Notes under the pieces: generated by a model
What the model was told of the DNA's origin: nothing
Seen by the model: only the letters and a program-made list of their open reading frames with translations
The model's database searches: none
IMG/VR virus record: IMGVR_UViG_3300001598_001791
Span: 1-64,000 of that record
Source: a virus
Taxonomy: Duplodnaviria; Caudoviricetes
Length of the DNA stretch: 64,000 bases
Strand: one strand, 5' to 3'
Program-made: the position numbers and the translations under genes
Shown: positions 45,144 to 58,439 of the stretch, piece by piece
Layout of the letters: every line of letters starts with the position of its first letter
Numbering within the stretch: position 1 is the stretch's first letter

Positions 45144-45866
45144 ATGGAAAATAAAGGAATTAGTTTATTAGATAATTACATTTATTTATACCACTTAGAG
45201 AAATTTTGTTTAATACCTACATACCCAGATTCTATTCAAGATTCGATGAGATCATCATTTGAAGAAACACAAGCACTATCAAGATCAGCACCTGTATTTT
45301 CTTATAAAAATTCAGGACCTAGAAGTGTCCATATTTCTCTAACATTACATCGTGATATGATGAATGATCTTAACAGAGATATCTCTAATTTAAAGGATAA
45401 TGTAGTAGATTTCAGAGGAGATGACTATGTAGATACTTTAATAAAATATTTGCAATCATGTTCTCTACCAAAATATAATAGTTATAGTGGAGGCTCTAAG
45501 GGTGTTATTCCACCAATGGTAGCCGTTAGATTTGGTAATAATATTTTTATAAAAGGTGTTATTAACTCTGAAATTTCAATTACTTGGAAGAAACCTATCA
45601 CCGTAAATAATAAGTATATTCAATGTGAGATATCATTTAATATAACAGAGTCAGATCCATATGATGCAGTGTCAGTTGCCTCTGAGGGATCATTTAGAGG
45701 TCTTACCAGAACGTTTAAAGATGGAATATTTAAATCTGAGACATTAGGCCCAATTATGAACACAGTTAATTCTGTAGATACTAATAATGCTAGTGGAAGT
45801 AATGAAGATATTAAGAGTAAATCAGTTAACCAAAAAATTACTCCAAGAGTATGAGGAGGTAAATAG
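45144..45866 (+). CDS. baseplate/tube initiator-like protein
   Basis: P.SIQDS...F..T..L.RS.P...Y..SG.R pattern; in code 4 the TAG abuts the next ATG. Confidence 0.55.
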
Positions 45867-46187
45867 ATGAGTGTGTTAATTAATAAAGGAAAAAAAGACT
45901 ATAATTACACTTCAAGATATGCTATCTTCCCCTATTACTATAATACAAATGATAAAAAATATGTGTATGGTATTACAGGAAGCCTGAGGCAAGATACTGA
46001 GTATACATTACATACAGTTGAAGATACTGATACTCTAGACTCTCTTGCTTTAAAATATTATGGTAGACCTGATTTCTTCTGGATCATTGCTGATTTTAAT
46101 AGAATAAATGATTCATATACTAATCTAAAAGAAAATTATAATTTTTTATATATTCCATCATTAAGTGGGATCAGATACAAAAAATAG
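45867..46187 (+). CDS. LysM/tail-X-like baseplate protein
   Basis: HTV..TDTLDSLA.KYYG....FWIIADFN.I motif. Confidence 0.75.
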   Translation: MSVLINKGKKDYNYTSRYAIFPYYYNTNDKKYVYGITGSLRQDTEYTLHTVEDTDTLDSLALKYYGRPDFFWIIADFNRINDSYTNLKENYNFLYIPSLSGIRYKK

Positions 46188-46197
46188 GAGATAATTT

Positions 46198-47481
46198 ATG
46201 GGTGATATTTTAAGTAGATCGAATGGCCCTACATCTTTAATTTCAACAGTTTGCTTAGTTGAAGCACCTTTTATTAGAGTTCAATTAGGTGGTTTTACTA
46301 TGGGGGTTTATGAGGGAAAGACATCTGTTGAAAATACTGCCAATGGTGTCGTTACTACGGTTACGAATAAATACCCAAATTACGTTCAGGAATTAAGTAT
46401 AAAGAAAATTAATGGCAGTGTTAACCAATATAGTTTAACAATAAAATATCCTATTACAGAAAACAACGACCCAAATTTCTTTGAAAAATTACTTAGTTCA
46501 GTTTCAACAACTAGAAAGATTTCAATTACCTATGGTGACTTTATGTTACCAGATTATATTTATAGAGATGAAGAAGCTATTATTACTAAAGTTACTAATA
46601 GGTTTAATATTGCTACTTCAGTTATCGATTATACTATAGAAGCTGTGTCTGCTGCAAAATTAACACTTAGCGGTACCTATAATTTCCCGTCAGTATATGC
46701 TAAACCTAGTGATATTATTATTCAAAAACTATATGAAAGCTCATATCATTTAACTGATGTTTTTGTGGGAATGAGAGATCGGTCGTTAGTTGAACAACTA
46801 GGATTGATAGCGACTGATGATCAACCTACTCAAATACCTACATGCACAAACGTTTCTATTCTTGAATATATTTCGACTCTAGTTGATTATATGGCACCAG
46901 AAGGTAGTGGTAATTCAGCTATCAAGTCAAACATATATTCACTTGCTACTTTTGAAGACACCACCGGTACTATAGGTGGAGCTTATTTTAAAGTTCAAAA
47001 AATTCAAAAGTCATCAAATTCATTGAATCAGTTATGTACTTACAACATTGATATTGGCTACCCATCATCAAATGTAATTACTGACTTCAGTGTTAATAAT
47101 GATGAGAACTGGTCGATGTATTATAACTATAATAGGGATCTAGGTAATTCTGATTACATAAAAAGAATTGACAGTAAAGGTGAAGTTGAGTACATATTTT
47201 CACCACAATTGATGGGTACTAATTTTAGTTTTAAGGAATCAGACTCAACTTGGTGGACTAGAGTTACTGAGTATCCAATAACTGCTACTATAAAATTAAA
47301 GGGTTTATTAAAACCAGCAGTATTGATGAGTTATGTTAAATTAAATGTTTGGTTTTATGGCCATAAACATATATTGAGTGGGTTCTATTTAATTAAAAAC
47401 CAGGTTGATAGAGTAGGATATTCAGGTTATTCCACAACATTAACCTTATTAAGAGTAGCCCCAGATGAGGATATGCAATAA
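46198..47481 (+). CDS. probable baseplate hub protein
   Basis: Position between the LysM and spike genes; C-terminal LSG.Y.I..Q.D....GYSTTL.L. Confidence 0.55.
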   Translation: MGDILSRSNGPTSLISTVCLVEAPFIRVQLGGFTMGVYEGKTSVENTANGVVTTVTNKYPNYVQELSIKKINGSVNQYSLTIKYPITENNDPNFFEKLLSSVSTTRKISITYGDFMLPDYIYRDEEAIITKVTNRFNIATSVIDYTIEAVSAAKLTLSGTYNFPSVYAKPSDIIIQKLYESSYHLTDVFVGMRDRSLVEQLGLIATDDQPTQIPTCTNVSILEYISTLVDYMAPEGSGNSAIKSNIYSLATFEDTTGTIGGAYFKVQKIQKSSNSLNQLCTYNIDIGYPSSNVITDFSVNNDENWSMYYNYNRDLGNSDYIKRIDSKGEVEYIFSPQLMGTNFSFKESDSTWWTRVTEYPITATIKLKGLLKPAVLMSYVKLNVWFYGHKHILSGFYLIKNQVDRVGYSGYSTTLTLLRVAPDEDMQ

Positions 47482-48059
47482 TGATAGTTACTAAAGCTTA
47501 TATAACAGAGATGCCAAAAGATGGCGATAATATCTTTAAGGTTAATGTACCCTTGATGTCAGATAACACTTTAAATGATGCTATATTTGATGCGTTATTG
47601 TGTACTGACCCTATTAGTTATAGTGGTTATTCTGTTGGTGACCCAGTCTTTGTGACATTTGAAGATGAAAAATATAATATTGCTATAATTTTAGGTAAAT
47701 TATTTGTTTCTATACCAACAGAGTCTAAGTCATATACTATTACAAATGAATTGAGAGTAACTGGACAAGCAAACTTACCACCAAGTACAAAATTTGGAGA
47801 GTATACCGTTCAAGACTTCACTAATTTATATAATGCTACACTTAATTCAGGTGGAGGATCGCTAGATAAAGAAGGATTAGAAAAGTACTTAAAAGAATAT
47901 GTTAAGTGAGAAAGCACTGAAGAAATAATAGAAGAAGAACCAGTAGAGGTTTTTGCGAATAAAATTTTATGTATGTCAGGTGAAACCTACTCTCTGATAA
48001 CACCAGTAGATAATACATTATACTTCTTAACAAGTGTACCTACAGAGGAAACTCAATAA
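47481..48059 (+). CDS. probable baseplate spike (gp5/gpV-like OB fold; 192 aa, code 4)
   Basis: FKV.VP, VGD.VFV.FE....IILG pattern; TAATG overlap with the next gene. Confidence 0.55.
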
Positions 48060-49105
48060 TGCCAATTAAGTTAAAAATAGAAGATATTTTAAGAATTAGA
48101 TTAAAAGATAAACAAATTTGGAGAGTATATAACAAAGATCAACTTATCTGAGGATATTATCTAGTTAATTATAACTTTGCTGAGGGAATTAACGACCCAG
48201 ATAATCCTAAAGATTATGTTTGAGGTATTAAAGATATTACTTTATTACCAGCTGAATGAGAAGAAGCTGATGACTTTATGGGTTGATATGATAGTATAAC
48301 TCTTGAACGAGTTATTGATAAAATAAGCAAAGATGATCACCTTGATTTTAACTTATATGCAAAGTGAGTTAAACATAAGTTGCAATACAGAGGATGGTAT
48401 ACTTGGACAGAGCCATTTACTCCAACTTGGACTATTAGAACAGCCAGGCCTACAGTAACCAGACCAGATGTGTTCCCTTATACAAATGATATTTATTGGG
48501 GGTGGAGTCCACATACTTGTGCCTGGTATTGTTATGGTAGAACTGCCGAAGCAGCAGTCAATAGTGGTATAAGTAGTGAATCCAATGCGTTTTTTGCACC
48601 AAATGGAAACCCACCATGGGATGGTAAGTCGGGTGGTCACTATGGAGATGCCAAAGACTGGATTAACAGTGTATATGCAGTAACAGACTCTACAGTTGGT
48701 GTTCAACCTGGAAATGTTGTTATTTGTACCTATACTGGAGAAACATCTGGATATAAACCAGGTCACGTTTTATTTATTGAAAGAGTTGAGTCAACTAGAA
48801 TAACTACAACTTGTACTGCATATGGTTTCCCCTATTACTGAGATCCTGGTGCCTTGAATATGGGTCAAAATTTATATAATATTCCAGGTGATAGTGGTTA
48901 CTTTACTGTTATTGGTTATATAGATAATCCTCAAATGGGAGGCACTGTTATCAAAGAAGCTGAACAAACTGAATGGAGTGATAACCCAAACCCACCCAAG
49001 GGAAGTTGAAAAGAAGGTTACCCTGAAACAAGAGGACTTGAAAGTGTGTATGATTATGAAAGTGAATCATGGGGAGAATGGAGGGAGATAAATGAGATCA
49101 ATTAA
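48059..49105 (+). CDS. virion-associated CHAP-like peptidoglycan hydrolase (348 aa, code 4)
   Basis: TCAWYCYGR and PGHVLFIE motifs; seven in-frame TGA. Confidence 0.7.
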
Positions 49106-49463
49106 ATTTCCAGATATGTTTAGTCGTACTAAAACAAATTTAGTAACTGACTATGACGCAACATTACAAAATTTAAAAATGTTATTATGGTCAGAAAAAG
49201 GAGAACTGTTTGGAGACCCTTATTATGGAACAGGTCTTAAAAAATATCTATTCGACCAAAATGATTACGTATTACAAGATATCTTAATTGATAATATCTA
49301 CACGGCAATATGTTTATTTATACCTCAAATAAAGATTGAGAGAAAAGATATAACCTTGGTAAAAGAAGAAAATGGTAAATTAACTATTACTATAAAAGCG
49401 ATAAATAGAGCTGACTTCACTACAAACCTATACTCAATAGTTTTACTTGAAGCTGAAGTTTAA
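49092..49463 (+). CDS. baseplate wedge protein (gp25-like)
   Basis: L..LL..EKGE..GDP.YG..L..YLF motif. Confidence 0.8.
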   Translation: MRSIKFPDMFSRTKTNLVTDYDATLQNLKMLLWSEKGELFGDPYYGTGLKKYLFDQNDYVLQDILIDNIYTAICLFIPQIKIERKDITLVKEENGKLTITIKAINRADFTTNLYSIVLLEAEV

Positions 49464-49499
49464 TCTATATATTATACAAATGAAAGGAAATTTGTAAAA

Positions 49500-52400
49500 A
49501 TGAAAGATCCTAATATCTCAGCAATGAGTTATACCTCAAAAGACTTTGGTCAAATTTATAAAGAGGCGCTTGATCTGGCTAAAGAATTAACAAACAGATG
49601 AGATCCTTCACAATCAAATGAAAGTGACCCTGGAGTTGTTCTTTTAAAAGAAGGTGCTTTTTTAACAGACCACAATAACTATAATATTGATAAAAATGTT
49701 TTAGAAAACTTTTTACCTAGTGCTACACAAGATAGATCTGTCCGTAATATTATGGAGATGAATGGCTATACACCAAGATATTATGTATCAGCTATGGGTA
49801 AAGTATCATTCAAATGGGAAAATCCAAATGCCACAAAAGGTGATTACTCAGGGACTAGCTTTACTATACCTAGATTTACCTTAGTAGTATCTGACGCTGA
49901 TGGAACTGTTTCATATACTCAAGCTGATGATCTAGCTATCTCGATAGATTATGAAAACCCATCTTCTGCCTCATTAGTATCATCATGTAACTTCATTGAA
50001 GGTACTTTACAAACATTAACGATAAATAACTCTGATACTGTTTTCTTGGAAAATATCGACGACAACAATAGAGTTTATTTACCTGAAACAATGGTTGCCC
50101 AAAATGGTGTTTATATCAGATACTCAAATGATTCTGAGCATAAAGAATATGGATTCTGGGAAAGAAATAATTATTTATCTACACAACCAGCCGGTTCTAG
50201 ATTATATAAAATTGATTATGACTCATTTAAAGGATTACCTTATATTGAATTCCCTTCAGATATTTCTAACATTATTTTAAGTGGGTTATTAGTTCAATAC
50301 ATTTCAACATCAGGTGAAGCCGGTAATGTTAGTGCTAACACTTTAGTTAATATTGTTACACCGACAGAATTTTATGATAGAGACGGATATTCTAGGTCAA
50401 CTGAGTACTTAACTTTAAATAACGTTTCAGCAATTACTAATGGCAAAGACCCTGAAACAATTGAAGAGATGTACCAATCGTTTAAAAAAGTTGTTGGTAC
50501 TTTCGATACTTTAGTTTCATGTAATGATTATAAAAATAAAATTAATTTATTGGATGATGGTGTCAATTATCTTGTATCAAATAACTATGTTACGGATAGA
50601 AGAACTGATTACAATAAATCAGCTAATGTAGTTACTTTTGATAGTAAAGGTGTTTATCAGGCTAATTTAAGTATTAAACCATGTTCACTAAGACTTAAAG
50701 GATCAGCTGATGAGTGTACTTCCATAGGTGATATGTACTATGATTCTGTCTCTAAAAAATTAAAAGTTAAAATTGGAGTCACTGAAGATAATTTTGAAAG
50801 TTGCGATACAATTAATTTAAATGACTTCTCTTTATTGACAGAGGCAATGACTCCATATGATTTAGTTGTTTACGCTTTAAAGAATTTTTCTCTTTCAGAT
50901 TATAATAGATCATATCCTTATAGGGCTTTACAAAATTCTTTTACTCCTATTTCATCTTCAGTTAGAAATGATTTAGAGAATTTAAATTATGGATATCTAA
51001 GTGATAGTAAATGTATTTGCCATACATTTAACGATCCTAAATCAGGTGAAGTTTACTGTTTTAAAAATTATGTACCATTAAATGTTACTATTATACCATA
51101 TAACAAAATTACTGCTGATGAAAAGTCTAATATTATAAATAATATTTATATTGCTTTGTCAGAAAACTTTAACCCTAGAAATATTGAATTCGGTGAAGAT
51201 TTAGATATTACAGCTGCAAAAGAAGTTATTCTAAATAGTGATAGCAGAATTAAAGATTGTAATATTGATTATAAATATGAAACCTATGCTATGAACAGTA
51301 TTTCTGGTAGTGATGGTATTTATGAAGAGAAAAAACTAAATGGTACTCTCACCGGATCTTCATCAGTATTACTACTTGATTTAGTTACTAAAAATATTTT
51401 AGCTGGTAGAGTCTGTTTATTTGAATTTGATGAAGACTTTACTTATGACTATGAGCAATCTGATTGTAAATTTATCGATAATGCTACATCATTTAAAACA
51501 GCACTCCCATTACCACTTAAACAGTCAGCCGTAAAAAGTGTAACAACTGCGAAAACAACTACAACAACTTCAGTCATTGATGGTTCTTCTAGTGGTTATA
51601 CAATTTACTATAATTTTAATGCACCTAACTTAGATTCACCTGAAAGTAGAGTAAATGTAACAAAGGGAACTTCATATACACTACAAACAGATGAAGATGG
51701 AGTATATGTTGACTCCTTTAGACTAGAAATTATTCAAGGCACTGGCACTGAAAGTAAAGTTATTAGTGATGTTACCTATAAAGCTTCACTTGACACTACA
51801 TATAGTTTCAGTTTAGATGATGCAAATATCATTAACACTGCTGATGATACATTAACTTCGATAACTGGTAAATTAACTATTGTTACTATTAGGGTTGATG
51901 CATCAGATGATGAAGGAACAGAGAACCTTAATTATACTTTAGATAAGAATGAATATATTCAAATCCTTTATCCAAATTACTACTCAACTGATACATATGG
52001 AATCTATGTTAATTATAGATATCAATCAACTGATCCAGACAGTATAATCAGAGCTAACACTGAACATACATTGAGATCTGATGAAAAACTAGTATTAGTT
52101 TATACAAATAATGGTGTTACTGTAACTGATGTACCTGTTACTGGTACTATCATTAGATCAAGTTTTGATATCAATCAAACTGATAAATTATCGGCAACAG
52201 GAACCAAAAAGAGTTGAACTGATTTAGATGGTACTTACCATGATAATGAAAAATTCATGTCATTGTCATCAAATCAAACTATTTCAAAACGTTCTCAATT
52301 TAGTACTATTCTAAATGGTACTAATATTAACTGTTATTGGATGGTTAATAATTCAACAAATACTCTATTCTCAAATAAAGGACTGAGTGAAGAAAGAGTT

Positions 52401-53807
52401 TTAGGCAATAATGAATATTTCATTTATACCAATTCAACTAAAGATGAGATGATGATTCTAGGTTCTGGGACTAAACTTTTGAAGTCTAGTAATGATAAAA
52501 ATAATTGGATAATTGATAAAGATACTACTCAAACTATTGAGTCTATTACTACAAACGGAATTACATCTTCAATTCCGTGGTCAGTTATGGACTTCTCACA
52601 AGCACCATTTGAGATAGTTGAAATGAATTTTATTACATTATCAGAAGGTGATTCTATTAAGATTAGCGGATGAGAAGGATTAAAATCAGGTGATAAGATT
52701 AATAACTCATGGGTATATTGTAATGGTACAATAGCCTATACGTCAGGTGGAACTACTACAATTTTACCAAAAGTTTCAAATTTTTATAAAATTAGAAGTA
52801 GACTTGATTTAGTTTGTGGCCCAACAACTCCACAAGAAATAATCTATCGAGGAACTGACGGAATAAACCAAGAAGTACATATTAACAGTACTGCCTTATC
52901 CGGGTATAAAATCCAGTCATCTATTCAATTAAATTTATTAGGTGATGAAAATATTGATGTTTCTGTATATACTCAAAATGGGATATCAATTAACATCTTA
53001 GGATATAAGACAGAAGAAAAAATGACAGCAGTATTAACTCCTGATGGATTAGACCCTATAAATCTAACTCCAGGTAGATCTGTTAATATTGATTATAATA
53101 AGTCATATCCAAATAGAAAACAAACTTATACATACACATACCCGTTCTATTATTTCAATTCAGCTGAACATGTTCGTGAATATCTTGTACCTGTTTATAT
53201 TGAAGGTGATGAAATTAACCTCAACGCTAAGATGCAGAAAAAGTCTGGAGAAGATAGTTGGGAAGATATTTATTTCATTGATTATAATGTTGATACTTCT
53301 TCAGTGCTTTCAAAAACTCTCACTGGAAATAACATGTATTTCTTATCACCGTCTACATCAGGAGGAACAACCCCTCTAGTTTATACAGGTGAATTAAGAT
53401 TAGTTCTAACATGGGAATTCCCGGAATCATTTACTGGAATGAAAAACTTACAAACTTTAATAGTTGATGATTTAACAGTTATTAAGGGTATTAATAATAA
53501 ATTATCTATTGATATTACTAATATAAATAAAACCAATATACTTTCAAGAATAAATGGTATTATTAGTGGATCTGATAAACCAAGTACAAAGTTCTATTAC
53601 TCATATAGACCAGATTCATCAATGGAAATTAATTTAGATAAATATTTGAGTTATACTATTAACAACAATCAGATAGTTTATGAAATGAAGGCCTTTGATA
53701 ATCCATTAATTATGTGAGATACAAATAACGTTGCCAATAAAATGACTATTGCTCAATTAGATTTGGCCAATTCTAGAATTGATACAGATAGTAACATGGT
53801 GGTTTAA
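49500..53807 (+). CDS. baseplate wedge/baseplate-J-like protein (gp6-like; 1435 aa, code 4)
   Basis: SYTSKDF...(TGA)D...ESDPG..L motif; three code-11 fragments (49752, 52257, 53022) join in one frame across four TGA. Confidence 0.75.
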
Positions 53808-53808
53808 T

Positions 53809-54453
53809 ATGATTGATGTTGTAAAAAATACTCCAAGTGAGTACAGTAAACAATCAAGAGATTTCCAGGTGATTGCAAGATTATATACAGCAATGTTCAA
53901 TTACACAAAGATGTATATTGATAATATGTCAGTGTGGAATACTAATATTGACGATAATCTTGCTTCACTTAGAGCAACTACGTTAAACCTAATTACTGAG
54001 CACCAATGAGATCTTTCTGATCTAGAGGCAATTACTTCTTGTTTTAAGTACTTAATTATCAGAAAGGGAACTATCGAGGCAATTAAGGCACTTATTTGTA
54101 TTTTAATGAAGGTTCAACATTTAGAAGGAACTGTTGATGACACTACGGTAACCTTTGAAAATAATAATCTAACAATTAGAATTGAAGATGCTCTAGTTAC
54201 GGTTGGCATTATTGAAGACCTATTTAAATATCTATTACCGGCAGGATTAACCTACAGAATTGTTAGATATAAATCAGTTAATATTAATGATTTACTAAAT
54301 ACCAACATTTATTACAATGATGAAAAAGTTAAATATAGTGATCTAAGTAGAGGTGATTATTTATATGTTGGAAATAATAACTCAAGTGACAGAATAATTA
54401 CTAGAACATACGTATATAATAATAGATGAGACCCTAGTTTGAAGGAGGAATAA
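53809..54453 (+). CDS. probable baseplate wedge (gp7/tail protein I-like; 214 aa, code 4)
   Basis: RKGT..AI motif; LLPAG..Y; two TGA. Confidence 0.55.
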
Positions 54454-54455
54454 TT

Positions 54456-54989
54456 TTGCCAAAAAAGAAAAAACAAATAACTTTATATAATGAAGTTAAA
54501 GAGGTTAAAGTTAAAGAAAACAATAATATAGCCGGTAATGTTAAAATAACTGTGGTTCAGGGTGGAAGAAAGATAAGATCTTTCACCCGCCACAATGAGG
54601 CAACACAGGCTTTGTGTGAATACATTAGAGATGCTCTTTTAGGTGATTATGTTATAGCCAAACGACCTGGAATAATTATCCCTTGTAGAAAAGTTGATGG
54701 TGTTTTAACTGAAATTTTCTCTGCCGGTATACCAGATGAAGGAGTCTTGGGAAGAACCAGCCCATCAACAGGATCAACTGATATCTGAGCAGGTGGTACT
54801 CTAAAATTTATCATACCTGAAACATCTTTAACATCTGGTATGTCCATAAATGGATTTAACCTTTACAGCAGAGGGTATGATAGAAAATTATTTGCTACTC
54901 TAGACTTAGGCGACTCTTCTATTATTGTAAGTGGAAACATAAGTCTAGAAATAGAATGAACAATGAAAGTTAGCCCAACAGTAGGCTAA
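54456..54989 (+). CDS. baseplate/fibre attachment protein (177 aa, code 4)
   Basis: GNV.I...N pattern; C-terminal IE(TGA)T strand; TTG start with GGAGG RBS. Confidence 0.5.
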
Positions 54990-55008
54990 GGAGAGGAAAA
55001 AATATTTT

Positions 55009-55806
55009 ATGAGTTATATATCATCTTCAAACGTTAGTGTGTTTCCTTCAACATATAGAAACCAATACCAGACAAGCAAGCTAACAAGTGAAAATAATTT
55101 TGTAAATATAATTAATGCCATTATCAATAGACCTAACGGTAGCTATGTAGTATCACATGAAAATAATGTATTACGATTAGTTATTCATGGTTATTATTTC
55201 GAAGTAACCAATTGGACAAAATCTCCAAATTTAGTTGCATCAATTAAAGTTGAAAATAACGGTTTCAGTTTGGTTAGACATGATAATTTATCAATTGATA
55301 ATTTAGATCAAAATTCAATTTTTTATGGCTTAGATATTTCAGAGGGTAATCCTGTTAATGGCTCTGATGAAAATTATACAACTTATTCATTACAAATAAC
55401 AGACTCATCTAATAATATTATTAACCAAGAAAGACTTACTACAGATGTTATCGAATGAGGTAAGTCAGGAAAAACGTTATCTACAAGATTAGATGAGCTT
55501 CAAGAGCAATTAGTTGTGGGAGATAATTCAGGTCTTACTTTATCATCTGACAAGAAAACGCTTGCTCTCAATCTTAAATATAAAAATAGCCTAGATAACT
55601 TAGGTAACAAAGGTGGTTCTGGTAATAAATTAATCTACTTCGATAACGATGGCGTTGTCAAAGATTCAACTTCTACAATAGGAACAGATCATCAAATTGT
55701 TTATGTGAATAATGGAACATTAACAGCAGGAGCTAAAATAACTATTAGTAATTCTAATCCATCTGGTGGAAATAACGGTGACATCTGGCTTAAATATGGA
55801 GGCTAG
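55009..55806 (+). CDS. fibre-associated protein (265 aa, code 4)
   Basis: One TGA; C-terminal ISNSNPSGGNNGDIWLKY fibre motif. Confidence 0.6.
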
Positions 55807-55811
55807 ATAGT

Positions 55812-57623
55812 ATGTCAATAAATGTTGTTATACATACATACGATACAGAATTATCAAGAAGTGGTAATGTTACTGGGTATCATTATGACTCTAGTGGAAC
55901 TTCAATTAAAACAATCAATATTCCATCAGGAACTATTAAAAAAACATATCAATGTAATTATGGAGATGTTTTATATTCATTAAAATATTCTCATGTGGGT
56001 TATACTATAGACCATTGATATGGAGAAATATCAACAGGATCTTCAGCTAGATCCACAGTATATTTACCAACAGAAGGTATAGTAAATATTGATATAACCT
56101 CTGATATGAAGGCTCTAGAGCTATGGCCAGAAGTTAATGCTAATACCTATACAGTAACTGCATCTGCTAGTGGAAGCGGTGGTTCTGTAAAACCTACTTC
56201 AACAACAGTAGAGTACAAAAAAACTGCTACATTTACAGCTAATGTAGATTCTGGATATGTAGTTGATTGTTGGTATTTTAATAATGCTCCTAAAACTTCG
56301 GCCGGAACTAGCTCAACGTATACTACTCCAGAAATAACAGAAAATAGTACTGTTAAAGTTGTATTTGCGAAAACCCAATTGAAGTATTATTTTTATGATA
56401 ACGGCCAAGAAGTAAAATCAGGTGATGGATACCTGGGTGAAACGATTAACTTTTCTAAGTATAAAATATCTAAAGATAATACTGTAACACAGAGAACTGG
56501 GTATAAGATGTCTTTTTATGATTATCAAGGTGGAAGTAAAATTGGTGAGTCTGACATATCTGGTGGACAAATTATAACATCATATACTTTGTCAGGTTGA
56601 AATAACGGGTTTGGTAATTTTTTTGAGGCAGATGGAATTGAAACTATAAAACCACTATCAGGAAATCGAGAATTCTATGCACAATGAACAGAGTCTTCTA
56701 CATCTACTAATAACAAATTACAATCAATACTAGATTCACCTTCTAGATTAGGGTATACTTTTAATTTCTGGAAGTGAAATGGTGAACAGCTATCAAAAGG
56801 ACAAGAGATTACCGAAGATGGTAATCAAAATGCTTATGGTGATTGGACTCCACGTATATATAATGTATCATTTGCACTTGGATCTTCTGATACAACAATT
56901 GGAAAGTTACCAGAACCAACTTGAGGAACTGGATCAAAACCGTCTACTCAAACAAAAACATTCGGTACTGCTATAGGGAAACCTGAAGTTATACCTGAAA
57001 GATTTGGTTATACTTTTGTTGGTTGGCATATTGATAAAAATGTATCACCAACAGATTCTAGTATAATTACTGGTACTACTATTGATGATAGATTCTTTAC
57101 CTCAAATTCAACTACTACTGTAACATTATATACTATTTGGAAACCAAAAGAATTAACAGGTAGAAAAAATTATTACTATAACGGTGTCTCTTATACTGAA
57201 GACTTCTCCTACACTATTGAAAGTGTTAATTCTAGAGGTGAAAGAATTTATGATGTAGGATTGCCGGATAAGGGATCTACCGACGGTGAGTGGGTTTTTG
57301 CTGGATGAGTAAAAGATAAACCTTCTAGTTGAACAGATAAAAAGGGAAGATATAGAAATCTTATCGAAGTAGGAAGTGAGCCTAAATTACCTTATGAAAT
57401 TAAGGTAATCACTATCACTGACTGGGACAGTAAAGACACAGAACAATTTTATGGCATCTGGTCTTCAAGTGGTAAATATGTTAAAATAAATGGTGAATGA
57501 GTTCAAGTTCCGGTAGCATATGTAAACGTTAATGGTGAATGGAAATTAATGTATGATTCAGATGGTTGTTCATTCTATGTTAATGTTAATGGAAACTGAA
57601 AACCTGAAGCAGGTGGAAATTAA
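55812..57623 (+). CDS. tail fibre/receptor-binding protein with InlB-B-like repeats (603 aa, code 4)
   Basis: Nine in-frame TGA; P.R.GYTF..W repeats; terminal YV(K/N)(I/V)NG.W triplet. Confidence 0.7.
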
Positions 57624-57647
57624 GAGAGGATTAATCCTCTCTTTTTA
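57623..57647 (+). terminator. late operon terminator
   Basis: AAGAGAGGA-TTAA-TCCTCTCTT followed by T tract. Confidence 0.8.
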
Positions 57648-57769
57648 ATAGTTTACTTTTTATAAAAAAGTGATGCAAGATATAAGGTATGCTTTAGCTT
57701 AGCCTTGTGAATTGCATCTATTTTGTAAAAATTAAAATTTTTGTAAAAATCTAATGCTAAATTTAATAT

Positions 57770-57937
57770 ATGGAAAAATACAAAGCAACAGACAGAATTG
57801 TGGCGTCAATAAAGCCAGACAACCCTCTAATGAAACAACTAATTAGGTATTTAGAGGAAAATGACTACTCTATGACAAGTGTAGTTAAAAAAGCTTTGAA
57901 GATGTACCTTGACAGTGAGGAGAATAAACAAAAATAA
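57770..57937 (+). CDS. small ribbon-helix-helix-like protein (55 aa)
   Basis: Short strand-helix-helix pattern, S.TSVVKKAL..YL; not in the ORF track. Confidence 0.45.
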   Translation: MEKYKATDRIVASIKPDNPLMKQLIRYLEENDYSMTSVVKKALKMYLDSEENKQK

Positions 57938-58439
57938 TTTTAAGTCAAGAAATCATTCAAAGTTTCTATTGCAATTTCATGTGATTTTAGTTTGTAAATA
58001 CAGATTAAAATTATTGGATAGTAATGTTTCAATCGAAATAAAAAAATTATCTGATGAAATTGTGCAAAAGCATGGTTGTTCTATTAAGTATGTTGAGTCT
58101 GATTTAGATCATATTCACTACTTAATAGAAACATTGCCAACAACAAATCTTTCAAATCTAGTAAGAGTACTTAAACAATACACTACATATCACATTTGAA
58201 AAAGATTTGATTTTTCAAACTATTTATGAAAAGAACATACTTTTTGAACTGATGGCTATTTTATTAGCTCAATAGGTAATGTGTCAGAAATGACAATAAG
58301 AGAGTATATAGAAAACCAAGGGAGAAATCATGGTCAAAAAACAAAGCATACAAATTTAAACTTGAACCAACTAAAGATCAAGCTATTTTGATCAATAAAA
58401 CTTTTGGTTGTGTTCGCTTTATTTACAATAAAATGCTAG
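57909..58439 (+). CDS. tnpA: IS200-type Y1 transposase (code 4)
   Basis: FHVILVCKYR, HUH motif DHIH, KEHTF(TGA)TDGYF..SIG, catalytic Tyr in IREYIENQ; C-terminus extended by an extra A near 58340. Confidence 0.85.

Noticed and set aside
4830-57623. Many apparently fragmented or pseudogenised structural genes in the ORF track
   Set aside because: Fragments are in frame and separated only by TGA, so this is recoding rather than decay
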